DNA of 64,000 bases, from positions 1 to 64,000 of the IMG/VR virus record IMGVR_UViG_3300013426_000001; one strand, given 5' to 3'. Within the stretch, counting starts at the first letter, position 1. Each line of letters starts with the position of its first letter. Shown here piece by piece: positions 8,689 to 17,879 of this stretch. The position numbers and the translations under genes were made by a program. Below the pieces are notes generated by a model. The model ran no database searches. It was not told the origin of the DNA and worked only from the letters and a program-made list of their open reading frames with translations. The DNA is from a virus. Taxonomy: Duplodnaviria > Caudoviricetes.

Positions 8689-10618
8689 AAAACGCGGAAG
8701 ACCGCGCAAAGTCACAGTTGACGAAAACGAAAAAATACTCACCGATAATGCGAGTGAAACGCTTATGATGGAACAGAAAAGCACGGCGGGAACGAACGGA
8801 AAAGTAACCATAAATCAAGTGGCAGAAAGTTTATTCTCGTTGTACGGTAGTGTTCTTGGCGGTTATAACGGGCAGTGGGGTTTTAACAATATAAACCTTT
8901 ACAATCCGTTTTTACAGAACTCGCGTTTGAAGATGATAAACGCGTCGCCCGTGACGGAAACTCCCGAGGAAATAGCGGAAGCAGTAAAAGACCCAGGCTC
9001 ACACGAAGAAGAGCTTAAGTCGGTTTCGGCAGGGCTTTCGGCGAAGCAATACCTTTATTACAAGATACTGCGTGAAGCTTGCGATATCCCGATGTATAAG
9101 AGTTATTTCTTACCTGAAACGCTCGATGACGCGGGTGAATATACGAGCAAGAAATTCAGAGATGAAGAGAGATTCGTTGAAGAATGGAGGGATAAACTCG
9201 ACCCACAGACTTTATTTAAGCGAATTGGAATGGAAGTCAAAAGGGAGGGGAAGCCGTCTTATATATTCAGACAGTGCATATATGAGGACGAAGGTAAAAA
9301 GCACGTTAAATACGCGACTTTCCAAAAGCTTCCAGCAGCTTATACGAAATTAACAGGAATCGGTGAACACGGTTATATAGCAAGCTTTAACTTGCTCGTG
9401 TTTATGAACCCTGCTTTTTCGCCACTTCAATACCCCGACTTTATCAGAAAGATTTGGGCGGATATTATTGACAACAAAATCGTATATCGCGACCAAAAGG
9501 GCAATTATGCGGTAGACGCGAATAAACTCGCGCAATTCAGTTATGACGATTGCGGCTGTGAAAGAAAGGGTACGATAGAAGTTGCCCGTCAAGCCGCATC
9601 AACGATATATATGTATTGGGTGCAGTTACCGCAAGACCTTTGCTTTACGTTTATGAGCGACGGTTCTAATGCGTGGTCAGTGCCCGACACAATAGGTATG
9701 TTTTCAGACCTTCAAGAATTAAGCGATTACTCAACCCTTGCTGGCTTGATAGCGAGCAGTCCGTTAACGGCTGTTCTCACAGGTCAGATGGAATTTATAG
9801 ACGGAGCACAACCTGGTCTCGATCAAACCAAAATGAGTCCAAGCACGCTCCAAGCTTTCCAGAACCTTTTCAATTCAATGGTTTCTGGGAATATAAACGC
9901 CTTCTTTGGACCGTTTAAGGATTTAAAGCTGCAATCGTTACCAAATGTACCGAATAGCAGTGATATCAAGACAAAAGCGGTTCAAAACTTCATTTCTTCG
10001 GCAGGAGAAGGCGGCTTGATTGTTGCGACAGACAAACCATCAGTTGCAATGATTAAAGGAGCACAAATGCTTGCCGAATCTCAATACGATTATGTCACAC
10101 GACAAATCGAAACAGCCACAAATACCGTGCTTGAAAAATGGTGCGGTTGCAAATATAAATGGAAGCTAAAATTGTGGGGCGGTATTTATACTTTTGACAA
10201 TCAAGTCAAGAATATGAAAGAACTCGTGTCCTCTGGCGCGACGTTTATACTTCCGAAGTTAGCTTCTGCTTACGATATGTCTCTCAGACAAGTACGCGGG
10301 GTAAGCGACTATATCGATGAGAACAAGTTGTATGATAAATTCAAGACATTAGGTTGGGCGCAGAGCACACAAAACGCACAGGCTCGTAGCGGCTCGACAC
10401 AGGATTCTAATGGCGTTGGACGTACAGCATTGGACGATAGCGATATAGAGAATGATTCCACGGCACAAAGCAGAGAGACAGGCGCTAACATTACCGAATT
10501 AAAGGAAGATTATGTCGCTCAACATATTTGCCCGTTGTGCGGGAGCGAAGAAGTTGAAGACGGTCATTTCTTATGTTCTGAATGTGAAGAAAAAATGGAA
10601 ATGGATGAGGAGGTATAA
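8672..10618 (+). CDS. Portal protein with N-terminal AT-hook-like motif and C-terminal Zn ribbon
   Basis: Position after TerL; 648 aa; KKRGRPRK at the N-terminus; CPLC...CSEC at the C-terminus. Confidence 0.75.
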   Translation: MANQTKKRGRPRKVTVDENEKILTDNASETLMMEQKSTAGTNGKVTINQVAESLFSLYGSVLGGYNGQWGFNNINLYNPFLQNSRLKMINASPVTETPEEIAEAVKDPGSHEEELKSVSAGLSAKQYLYYKILREACDIPMYKSYFLPETLDDAGEYTSKKFRDEERFVEEWRDKLDPQTLFKRIGMEVKREGKPSYIFRQCIYEDEGKKHVKYATFQKLPAAYTKLTGIGEHGYIASFNLLVFMNPAFSPLQYPDFIRKIWADIIDNKIVYRDQKGNYAVDANKLAQFSYDDCGCERKGTIEVARQAASTIYMYWVQLPQDLCFTFMSDGSNAWSVPDTIGMFSDLQELSDYSTLAGLIASSPLTAVLTGQMEFIDGAQPGLDQTKMSPSTLQAFQNLFNSMVSGNINAFFGPFKDLKLQSLPNVPNSSDIKTKAVQNFISSAGEGGLIVATDKPSVAMIKGAQMLAESQYDYVTRQIETATNTVLEKWCGCKYKWKLKLWGGIYTFDNQVKNMKELVSSGATFILPKLASAYDMSLRQVRGVSDYIDENKLYDKFKTLGWAQSTQNAQARSGSTQDSNGVGRTALDDSDIENDSTAQSRETGANITELKEDYVAQHICPLCGSEEVEDGHFLCSECEEKMEMDEEV

Positions 10619-10622
10619 TTTT

Positions 10623-10841
10623 ATGGGAGATAAATGCAATCATAGAATTAAATCGAAAAATACGACCTTGCACTTGCTTGGGCGTGTTTTTATGACTTAT
10701 CCGAATGTTCGCCACGCCGTTTGCATGATTTGTGGAAAGGAATTTAAGTTCGAAGAGGACGAAAACGGAGAACTTAAACCCTTCAAAAAGAAATGCAAAG
10801 AGGGGGAGAAGAGAAGTGAAAATTTCGGAAGCTTGTTATGA
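10623..10841 (+). CDS. Small Zn-ribbon-like protein (CxH...CxxC), 72 aa
   Basis: SD GAGGAGG before ATG 10623, in frame with track ORF 10512..10841. Confidence 0.55.
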   Translation: MGDKCNHRIKSKNTTLHLLGRVFMTYPNVRHAVCMICGKEFKFEEDENGELKPFKKKCKEGEKRSENFGSLL

Positions 10842-11325
10842 ACAATTAAACAACCTTATACAAAAGAGTTTTGATTGTAATGCGCAGGCGGATAACTTCG
10901 CGTATAACATTGATTACACGCGATATCCGAATATAGCAGATCTTTATCATCACGCATTTGCACATAAATTCCCTCAACTTGCGGATATCATTAGCGATTT
11001 AATGATAAAATTAAACGCAAGACCGATACGGAGGCCTGTTAACGGGTATAATGCCGAGTATTTAAGTCTTTATGATTTATTTGTTGACAACGACAGAATG
11101 ATTGAAGATTATCGGTTAGAAGTAAAAAAGACGATTGATATTGCCGATATGAACGACGATTACGAGGTTCGTATCGCGATGGAGAATTTTTTGCTCGAAC
11201 TTTTACCTTACGTAAAACAGTCTGACGTATGGAGGACGAAAGCCGAACAGTATAAAGAACAGCCTTATGAGTTCGATATACATTTTAAGGAATTAACCAC
11301 GCTTATTCCGCACGAATTAAAGTAA
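10816..11325 (+). CDS. Ferritin/Dps-like four-helix-bundle protein
   Basis: GTG start after GGGGGAG; pattern QLNNLI...LADIISDLMIKLNARP...DIADMNDDYEVRIAMENFL resembles ferritin-like helices. Confidence 0.6.
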   Translation: MKISEACYEQLNNLIQKSFDCNAQADNFAYNIDYTRYPNIADLYHHAFAHKFPQLADIISDLMIKLNARPIRRPVNGYNAEYLSLYDLFVDNDRMIEDYRLEVKKTIDIADMNDDYEVRIAMENFLLELLPYVKQSDVWRTKAEQYKEQPYEFDIHFKELTTLIPHELK

Positions 11326-11345
11326 TAAAATAGAGGTTTTATATT

Positions 11346-12131
11346 ATGGCATTCACCGAGGTACTAAAAAGTATCGTCGATTATGGTGCTACCCCTGTTT
11401 TATTAGCAGTGATAATTGGATTAGTGATTTGGTTTGTTAAAAAAATAAATCAATTGGGCGCGAACATACCCGACGAACAAAGAAGATGGAATGAGAGACA
11501 AGAACAAAGACTCGATAAGCAAGATGAAAGAATAGATAAGATGCTTGATGAAATCAAAGATATTAAGGTTAACACTGTTCACGTTCATGGGCATATAGAA
11601 GAGGAAGATAACCGAAAGTGTAATCTTTTGGTTAACACACAGTTGAATTGTCTTTTAGAGAAATCGAAAGCTAACCGCGTGAGCTGTTTTATGTATCACA
11701 ACGGCGGTTACACCGTAACTGGAAGAAGTTTTCAAAAAATGTCAATGCTTTATGAAGCGGTTGACGGGAAAACCTCGAGTGTTATGGGTGCTTATCAAAA
11801 TATTCCTCGGACTATGTTCCCGATACTTATGCAAAAATTATCAGAGCAGGGTTATTACGATATAGATGATATCGAGTCAATTAAAGAAGACGCAAAGACG
11901 TCTTATCAGGCATTCAAATACAGAGGGGCGAAATCTGTTTATGTAGGGGCAATCAAAGATTCTCAGCACAATATGCTGGGATTTGTTCTTGTTGAATACG
12001 TAGCAGACAAATGTGAAGATAAAGAAGCGCTCAAAGAGTTGATAAAGAAAAAGATCAACAGAATTAGTGCGGCATTTGAAGTAGGTTCAGACGCTGTACG
12101 TGCAAAAAGGGAGGAAATAAAGAATGATTAA
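11346..12131 (+). CDS. Membrane-anchored GAF-like protein (T4 holin T-like architecture)
   Basis: N-terminal TM (PVLLAVIIGLVIWFV), coiled coil, then ANRVSCFMYHNG...GAKSVYVGAIKD...LGFVLVEY GAF-like pattern. Confidence 0.55.
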   Translation: MAFTEVLKSIVDYGATPVLLAVIIGLVIWFVKKINQLGANIPDEQRRWNERQEQRLDKQDERIDKMLDEIKDIKVNTVHVHGHIEEEDNRKCNLLVNTQLNCLLEKSKANRVSCFMYHNGGYTVTGRSFQKMSMLYEAVDGKTSSVMGAYQNIPRTMFPILMQKLSEQGYYDIDDIESIKEDAKTSYQAFKYRGAKSVYVGAIKDSQHNMLGFVLVEYVADKCEDKEALKELIKKKINRISAAFEVGSDAVRAKREEIKND

Positions 12132-13977
12132 GTGTTTTGAACTTGATTCTAATCAAATCAGAATCAGAGACATCTTAACCGACAAAAACTTCCTCGAAAT
12201 AGAAATTTTCGCGATTTCGGATGCAAATCCTAACCGTAACAAAAGTCATTTTACGCTCGAAGCGATGCAAAAAGGGCTCGAGTCTTTTAATGACAAACCG
12301 ATTCTCGGCTTTTTTAACAAGCAGGGCGATTTTGAGTCTCATAACGGAAGAGTTGCTTATGATCCAGAAGAACAAATGGATTACTGGGATAATTCTAACG
12401 GAGAGCAGATTTTAGGTTTTATTCGCCAGACGGATAGGAAAGAAATCGTGGAGAGAGACGGTTTACACTGGATTTGCTGTACCGCGATGATATACACGCA
12501 ATACAACTACAAACAAGTCAAAAGATTGCTTAAAGACCGCAAGAAAAAAGTCTCGGTCGAGATAGCGGTTTTAGACAGTGAAATGGTTAACGGCGTTGAA
12601 TATATCAAAGAATTTGACTTAAAAGGGATAACGATTCTCGGCAGCCGAAACGGCATTCAAGTCAAAGAAGGTATAGAAGGCGCGGGATTATCAATTCTCG
12701 AAGTTTTTGACGCGGCAAGATTCAGTGGACAGAAACAAACAATTATTCAGGCGTACTCTCAATTAGAGGGCGATGAAGAAAATAAGGAGGACGGAAACTT
12801 GGCTATAGAAGATTTTGCGAAAGCTCTTAAAGTCAATAAATCCAAAGAAGCCATGTCCGATACCAGTTGGGGCGAAGTTGACAAAGCGGAGCTCAGAAAG
12901 CGCGTTGTCGAAGCGGATAATTTCAAAGAAATCGCAGACGATGTGTTCCTCGACTTGAGAGAAGGCTGGGAAGAAGGGGAAGTTACGAAGCTTAAGTATC
13001 CGATTATGGAAATTAAGGGTGACGAACTGGTATATAACAGAGGGGCATTAGGCTCAGCAAAGGCTTACGCCGAAAAGAACGGCGAGAAAGAAGTCTTAGA
13101 GAAATTAAAGAAAATTTACGAACATTTAGAGCTCGATTTCGAAGCGAAGTTTGATTGCGATTGTGAAGAATTCTGCGACCTTTACGAGGACGATTGTACT
13201 TGCGAAGACCCCGAAGAAGAGCACATAGACGAGCACGATGACGAACCGCACATGGAAGAGGCTAACACAGGCGAAGAAGAGCCCGTCGAAGAGCCGAAGG
13301 AAGAGCCCGCTGCGGAACCCGTCGAATCCGTTGTCGAACCCGAAAAGGTTTATACGGAAGAAGAGTATAAAGCGATGTGCGACGAACTCACGATGAAATG
13401 TCATGAAGCGGAAGGCAGATGTGCCGAAGTGGAAGCGAAGTATTCGGAACTCGAAGCGAAATGTTGTGAATTTGAAAACAAATGCGGTGAGTACGAAGGC
13501 AAGTGCGCAGAATTCGAGAAGCAATGTGCAGATTATGAAAAGAGATGTGCAGAACTCGAAGAAAAGTGTGCTAACTATGAAGCAACCGCAGGAAAGCTTA
13601 AACTCGAAATGGATGAATGCGTCTTGAAGATGCAGGACTATGAAGAGGTTAAGAAGGCTCGCGATGAAATGGTGGAGAAGTTCGCCGTTATGAAAGTCAA
13701 TGAGCAAAAAGAGTATATTTCGAATGTTTGTGCGAAGATGAAGTTTACAGCTGCGGAAATCGCGCCTATCGAAGAGAAATGTGAAAAAAGAGAATACGAA
13801 GATATCGAAGCTATTGATAAAGAAATCGCGTATTTGTCTTTCCAGAAAACGAAGGCGACGCTTTTCAGCGAAAAAACTGAAATGTTCAGTGTAAATATTG
13901 TGGAAGAACCAAAACAAAAATCTGGTCGCAAGGAAAAAACTTTACGTGAGCGACTTAAAGATAATATTAAAAAATAA
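12124..13977 (+). CDS. Prohead protease fused to scaffold
   Basis: NRNKSHFT, KPILG, FESH, KKVSVEI, GITILG in the N-half; acidic coiled coil in the C-half; precedes capsid genes. Confidence 0.8.
   Translation: MIKCFELDSNQIRIRDILTDKNFLEIEIFAISDANPNRNKSHFTLEAMQKGLESFNDKPILGFFNKQGDFESHNGRVAYDPEEQMDYWDNSNGEQILGFIRQTDRKEIVERDGLHWICCTAMIYTQYNYKQVKRLLKDRKKKVSVEIAVLDSEMVNGVEYIKEFDLKGITILGSRNGIQVKEGIEGAGLSILEVFDAARFSGQKQTIIQAYSQLEGDEENKEDGNLAIEDFAKALKVNKSKEAMSDTSWGEVDKAELRKRVVEADNFKEIADDVFLDLREGWEEGEVTKLKYPIMEIKGDELVYNRGALGSAKAYAEKNGEKEVLEKLKKIYEHLELDFEAKFDCDCEEFCDLYEDDCTCEDPEEEHIDEHDDEPHMEEANTGEEEPVEEPKEEPAAEPVESVVEPEKVYTEEEYKAMCDELTMKCHEAEGRCAEVEAKYSELEAKCCEFENKCGEYEGKCAEFEKQCADYEKRCAELEEKCANYEATAGKLKLEMDECVLKMQDYEEVKKARDEMVEKFAVMKVNEQKEYISNVCAKMKFTAAEIAPIEEKCEKREYEDIEAIDKEIAYLSFQKTKATLFSEKTEMFSVNIVEEPKQKSGRKEKTLRERLKDNIKK
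12799..13977 (+). CDS. Probable nested scaffolding protein from an internal in-frame start
   Basis: TAAGGAGG at 12783-12790, 8 nt before in-frame TTG 12799, at the protease domain boundary. Confidence 0.55.
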   Translation: MAIEDFAKALKVNKSKEAMSDTSWGEVDKAELRKRVVEADNFKEIADDVFLDLREGWEEGEVTKLKYPIMEIKGDELVYNRGALGSAKAYAEKNGEKEVLEKLKKIYEHLELDFEAKFDCDCEEFCDLYEDDCTCEDPEEEHIDEHDDEPHMEEANTGEEEPVEEPKEEPAAEPVESVVEPEKVYTEEEYKAMCDELTMKCHEAEGRCAEVEAKYSELEAKCCEFENKCGEYEGKCAEFEKQCADYEKRCAELEEKCANYEATAGKLKLEMDECVLKMQDYEEVKKARDEMVEKFAVMKVNEQKEYISNVCAKMKFTAAEIAPIEEKCEKREYEDIEAIDKEIAYLSFQKTKATLFSEKTEMFSVNIVEEPKQKSGRKEKTLRERLKDNIKK

Positions 13978-14000
13978 GAAATAATTAAGGAGAAATTAAT

Positions 14001-14540
14001 ATGGCTACTTTTGCTAAAATTAAAATGGCGTCTGAAGACGTTAATTCTCTTCTTCTTACTGGTAAGTTTAAAGCAAACGCTAACTATGCCGAAGTAGAAG
14101 ATGGCGCTCTTGTAGTTGTTGGCGACCTCGATGCAAGCACCGTTTACGCTGGCAATAAAGATATGAACGTTTTTGAAATTAAAGCACCTGCTGCTGATAC
14201 TGATGAAATCGCGATCGTTGATATCGCTGATGTTTCGAAGGGTGATGTAAGAGGCGAAGCTTGGAGAGTTGGTATCAGAACCGACGGACTTGTTGGTGAA
14301 GCTGGTCAGCCCGTAAGAGTTAGACTTCTCAAGAAATACGATCGTTTCTTCGTTTCTGGCGATGCGTTCGATGGCGATGTCGAAGTTGGTAAATATGCTA
14401 CTGCAAAAGCTAACAGCACGAAGTTCGCTCCTGCTGACGAAGCAGCTGAAGGCAAGTTCTGCGTTAAAATCGAAATGGTCAAAGACTTCGTTCTTGGTCA
14501 GACGGTTGCTGGCAAGATGTATTACTGCCGTGTACTTTAA
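14001..14540 (+). CDS. Capsid decoration/stabilising protein
   Basis: 179 aa, beta-rich, between scaffold and major capsid; strongly biased codon usage. Confidence 0.65.
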   Translation: MATFAKIKMASEDVNSLLLTGKFKANANYAEVEDGALVVVGDLDASTVYAGNKDMNVFEIKAPAADTDEIAIVDIADVSKGDVRGEAWRVGIRTDGLVGEAGQPVRVRLLKKYDRFFVSGDAFDGDVEVGKYATAKANSTKFAPADEAAEGKFCVKIEMVKDFVLGQTVAGKMYYCRVL

Positions 14541-14564
14541 TTTTTAAGGGAGGAATAGAATATT

Positions 14565-15659
14565 ATGTTAAAAATGTTTAATTATAAAAAGTCTGAAAAC
14601 GCCCTTTTTAATGATGTTGTAGACGGTATCGTAGATTCCGCTCGTCAGCACATTGAAGGCATCCAGAACAGAAAAGAATATGAAGATATGCAGAGCGATG
14701 TTTGCGAAAACCTCGTTAAATATTGCGTAAGCGGCACTCGTTACGAAGATAGATTCGAAGCTGAAGGCATGGAGCTCGTTAAGAATCCTATGGTCAACAG
14801 CAACCATGATTTCAGAGAAAACTTTGACGCGGTTATCGCGCAGGTTATCAATGCAACTCTTCCGATGACGATGAGCTCGAGATTTGCTGATACGTTCCTC
14901 GACCTTCATCACGTCGGCTGGGGGGATTCGGCCCGCTTTATAATTGATTCTAACGAACTTTATCAGGTAAATGAACTTGCTGAAGGCATTCATCGTGGTG
15001 CTTTACAGCCCATTTACAACAACGAAGTTGTAGTTAACCCGCAGCCCGTTGAAATCGCTGTTTCGATCGACTGGTATCTTCTCGCTTCGAGAAAGTTTGA
15101 TATTGGTGTTTGGGCTGCTAAGATCGCTCGTTCGTTCGAAAATTACGTTCTTGCGAAATCGATAGCTGCGCTTTTGGGTGCAACTAATGGTCTTGGTGTT
15201 GGTTATACTGCTAATGGCGTTGACACGAAGTCGTTCGGAACGCTCGTTCAGAGAGTTTCGGCTGCTAACGGCGGTGCTGCGGTTTATACGCTTGGTACCT
15301 CTGTTGCTTTATCTTCGCTTCTGCCCACAACGGTAGGCTTGCAATATGGTCTTGGTGCTGAAATTACGAAAAATGGCTTCCTTGATAAATATCTCGGCAG
15401 CGCAGTAATTGCCATCGACCAGGCGATAAATCCGCTCACGATCAACACTTCCGCTTCTCTTATGGTTCCTGATGACAAGATTTTCTTGGTAGCAGCGAAC
15501 GCATATAAACCTTTGAAAGTTGTGATGGAAGGTAATGAAATTTCCCTTACCGATCTTCCCGAATACACTTCTGACAGAACTTACACTTTCTCTGTTAAAG
15601 TTCGTTTGGGTATCAGCTGCATCTTGGGTTCGAAGCACGGCGTTATCAACCTCGGCTAA
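14565..15659 (+). CDS. Major capsid protein
   Basis: 364 aa, position, biased codons, HK97-like layout (VGWGDSARF...AVSIDW...PDDKIFLV). Confidence 0.85.
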   Translation: MLKMFNYKKSENALFNDVVDGIVDSARQHIEGIQNRKEYEDMQSDVCENLVKYCVSGTRYEDRFEAEGMELVKNPMVNSNHDFRENFDAVIAQVINATLPMTMSSRFADTFLDLHHVGWGDSARFIIDSNELYQVNELAEGIHRGALQPIYNNEVVVNPQPVEIAVSIDWYLLASRKFDIGVWAAKIARSFENYVLAKSIAALLGATNGLGVGYTANGVDTKSFGTLVQRVSAANGGAAVYTLGTSVALSSLLPTTVGLQYGLGAEITKNGFLDKYLGSAVIAIDQAINPLTINTSASLMVPDDKIFLVAANAYKPLKVVMEGNEISLTDLPEYTSDRTYTFSVKVRLGISCILGSKHGVINLG

Positions 15660-15753
15660 TTCGAGATTTAATAAGTTTAAATATTCTTTTATAAAAATGT
15701 TTGAGTTTTTTAATGGCTTTTCTCTAAAAAACGCCATTTCCATTACAAAACGC

Positions 15754-15782
15754 TTGACAAACGTCAAGTAATTTGTTATAAT
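15754..15782 (+). promoter_or_regulatory. Consensus sigmaA promoter of endonuclease cassette 2
   Basis: TTGACA-17 nt-TATAAT with extended TG. Confidence 0.9.
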
Positions 15783-15789
15783 AAACGTG

Positions 15790-15876
15790 TAAATAGCGGG
15801 ACAGCGGGTTGCAAACCGTTTTCCTTTGTCTCCTATCATTGGGATTACCGCTTTTTATATATTTTTTTATAGGAGA
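15790..15876 (+). promoter_or_regulatory. Structured 5' leader RNA (three-way junction, anti-SD loop), copy 2
   Basis: P1 taaatagcgg/ccgcttttta encloses GACAG, P2 agcgg/ccgtt, a P3 with loop TCTCCTAT (15829-15836) and ATTA; the loop is the exact complement of ATAGGAGA (15869-15876). Confidence 0.65.
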
Positions 15877-15882
15877 ACGAAA

Positions 15883-17817
15883 ATGAAAAATTTTTCAAAA
15901 GAAGAGTTGTTTGAATTATATATAACTCAAAACAAATCAAAAAGAGAATTGGCTGAAATATTGCATACTAACGAGAAGACTTTGGGTGATTATTTTAAAA
16001 AATATGGAATAAAAAAGTCAAAAGAAGATGTCGTTAGAGCAAGAGAATCGACATGCTTAAAAAAATTTGGTTCAACAAACCCAATGAAAAATATTGAAAT
16101 CGCACAAGAGCTTCGTTCCAAGCAAATAGACAATGGTAGAATTAAAAACATACCATACGAAGAACTTTTCGATATTCTTGTTAATAAAAAAATGCTTGTG
16201 ACCAATGCGGCTAAATTTTTCAACACTTCAATAAGTACAATAAAGAGACTTGCGGCAGAAAACGCGATTGAGATTTGCAAAGAAGAATTAAAAACCGTTG
16301 ATAAAGACGAGTTGGAAAATTATTATATTACAGAAAAACATACTCGTGAGGAATGCGCGAAACATTTTGGAATGTCTTATTCTCATATTAAGACGTTTTT
16401 AAAGAAATATAAAATCGAAAAAAGTAAAGATGAAATTTTTGAAAATATTAAACGTGGACATAAGCGTAAAACTGGATATGAATATGCTTTACAAAACCCA
16501 GAATCGATAGCAAAACAAAAAAATACGTATAAGAATAGAACAGAAGAGGAAAAGGCAGAAACGATAAAAAAACGTAAAAACACCTGTATGGATAGATTTG
16601 GTGCGGTCAATCCTTTATGTTCAGAAGATATAAAAGAGAAAGCATTTGCTACTAATATAGAGAGATATGGATATAAAACATCGATTCAAAATCCAGAAAT
16701 TCGTAAAAAAGCGGAAGACACTTTATTTGATCGGTTTGGGGTTAGAAACCCATCTTTAGTTCCCGAGTTTAAACAAAAAAGAGAGAACACCATGCTAGAA
16801 AGATTTGGTGTTGGTAATTACGGAGAAATTGTCTTATCGGAAGATGTTAGAAATTTACTTAATGATAAAGATAAATTCAAAAAATACGTTTTAGATAATA
16901 AGTTATCGACAACGTATGATATTGCGGAGAGTATAGGGTGTTCAATTACAACTATTACAAACAGAATCCACGAATATAACTTAGAAGATTTGGTAAATAG
17001 ATCCCAATCGCATTTTGAAACAGAAATCAATCGTATTTTGACAGATTGGAATGTTAGACATTATAAAACAAGACAAGTTTTGGATAGTAAACAAGAAATA
17101 GATTTTTATTGCCCGAATGAAGCAGTTGGCTTTGAATTTAATGGTAACTGGCCTCATTGTTCGATTAATAAAGATAAAAAATATCACATGGATAAATCGT
17201 TGGAAGCGCAAGAAAAGAATGTGAGATTTATTCACATATATGAATACGAATGGTGCAATCCTCAAAAACAGCCAATAATATTATCTTTAATGCGCGGAGC
17301 ACTTGGGCTCTTTGATAAAAAAATATATGCAAGAAATTGTAAAATAAAAGAGGTTGGAACCAAAGAGTATTTTGATTTTTGCAACCAAAATCACACACAG
17401 GGTTACAGGCAAGCAAAGATTATTTATGGGCTCTATTTTAATAATGAATTAGTTCAAATAATGAGTTTTTCGCATAATAATAAGTATGAATGGGAAATAA
17501 TTCGTGAATGTTCTAAAATTAATACTCAAATAATTGGCGGTAATTCAAAGCTGTTTAAGCATTTTATAAAAATGCAAAATCCAAATAGCGTTTTTAGTTA
17601 TTGCGATTTTAATAAATTTAACGGTAAAGGTTATGAACTACTGGGTATGAAATTTATAGGATATACTGGTCCAGATATGAAGTGGTATTTAAAGGGCAAT
17701 ATAGTTGTAAACAGAAGTCCGAGTAAAAATAAAGAACTCAAAGAAAAGGCCATTGCTCAAATTTGGGGTGCTGGTTCTAAAAAATATTTGTGGACAAAAC
17801 TACAAGAAAATAATTAA
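15883..17817 (+). CDS. Free-standing Hef-like homing endonuclease with HTH-like and RFGV repeats
   Basis: SD AGGAG before ATG 15883; SHFE...EIDFY...GFEFNGNWPH...IHIYEYEW nuclease motifs, then KIYARNC...NHTQG...IIGGNSKLF...FSYCD Hef-type C-domain; AT-rich insert after the capsid gene. Confidence 0.8.
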   Translation: MKNFSKEELFELYITQNKSKRELAEILHTNEKTLGDYFKKYGIKKSKEDVVRARESTCLKKFGSTNPMKNIEIAQELRSKQIDNGRIKNIPYEELFDILVNKKMLVTNAAKFFNTSISTIKRLAAENAIEICKEELKTVDKDELENYYITEKHTREECAKHFGMSYSHIKTFLKKYKIEKSKDEIFENIKRGHKRKTGYEYALQNPESIAKQKNTYKNRTEEEKAETIKKRKNTCMDRFGAVNPLCSEDIKEKAFATNIERYGYKTSIQNPEIRKKAEDTLFDRFGVRNPSLVPEFKQKRENTMLERFGVGNYGEIVLSEDVRNLLNDKDKFKKYVLDNKLSTTYDIAESIGCSITTITNRIHEYNLEDLVNRSQSHFETEINRILTDWNVRHYKTRQVLDSKQEIDFYCPNEAVGFEFNGNWPHCSINKDKKYHMDKSLEAQEKNVRFIHIYEYEWCNPQKQPIILSLMRGALGLFDKKIYARNCKIKEVGTKEYFDFCNQNHTQGYRQAKIIYGLYFNNELVQIMSFSHNNKYEWEIIRECSKINTQIIGGNSKLFKHFIKMQNPNSVFSYCDFNKFNGKGYELLGMKFIGYTGPDMKWYLKGNIVVNRSPSKNKELKEKAIAQIWGAGSKKYLWTKLQENN

Positions 17818-17825
17818 AAACAAAC

Positions 17826-17850
17826 AACGTCGCGTAAGCGGCGTTTTTGT
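17826..17850 (+). terminator. Putative intrinsic terminator
   Basis: aacgtcgc-GTAA-gcggcgtt followed by T run. Confidence 0.6.
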
Positions 17851-17879
17851 ATGATAAAAGTAGTAAAAGGAGAAAAATT

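Noticed and set aside
13126-13917. Long minus-strand ORFs (also 19677..20375, 35668..36333, 36619..37467, 38579..39205, 48711..49337)
   Set aside because: Antisense shadows of codon-biased plus-strand genes, with F/R/S-rich unnatural composition and no motifs
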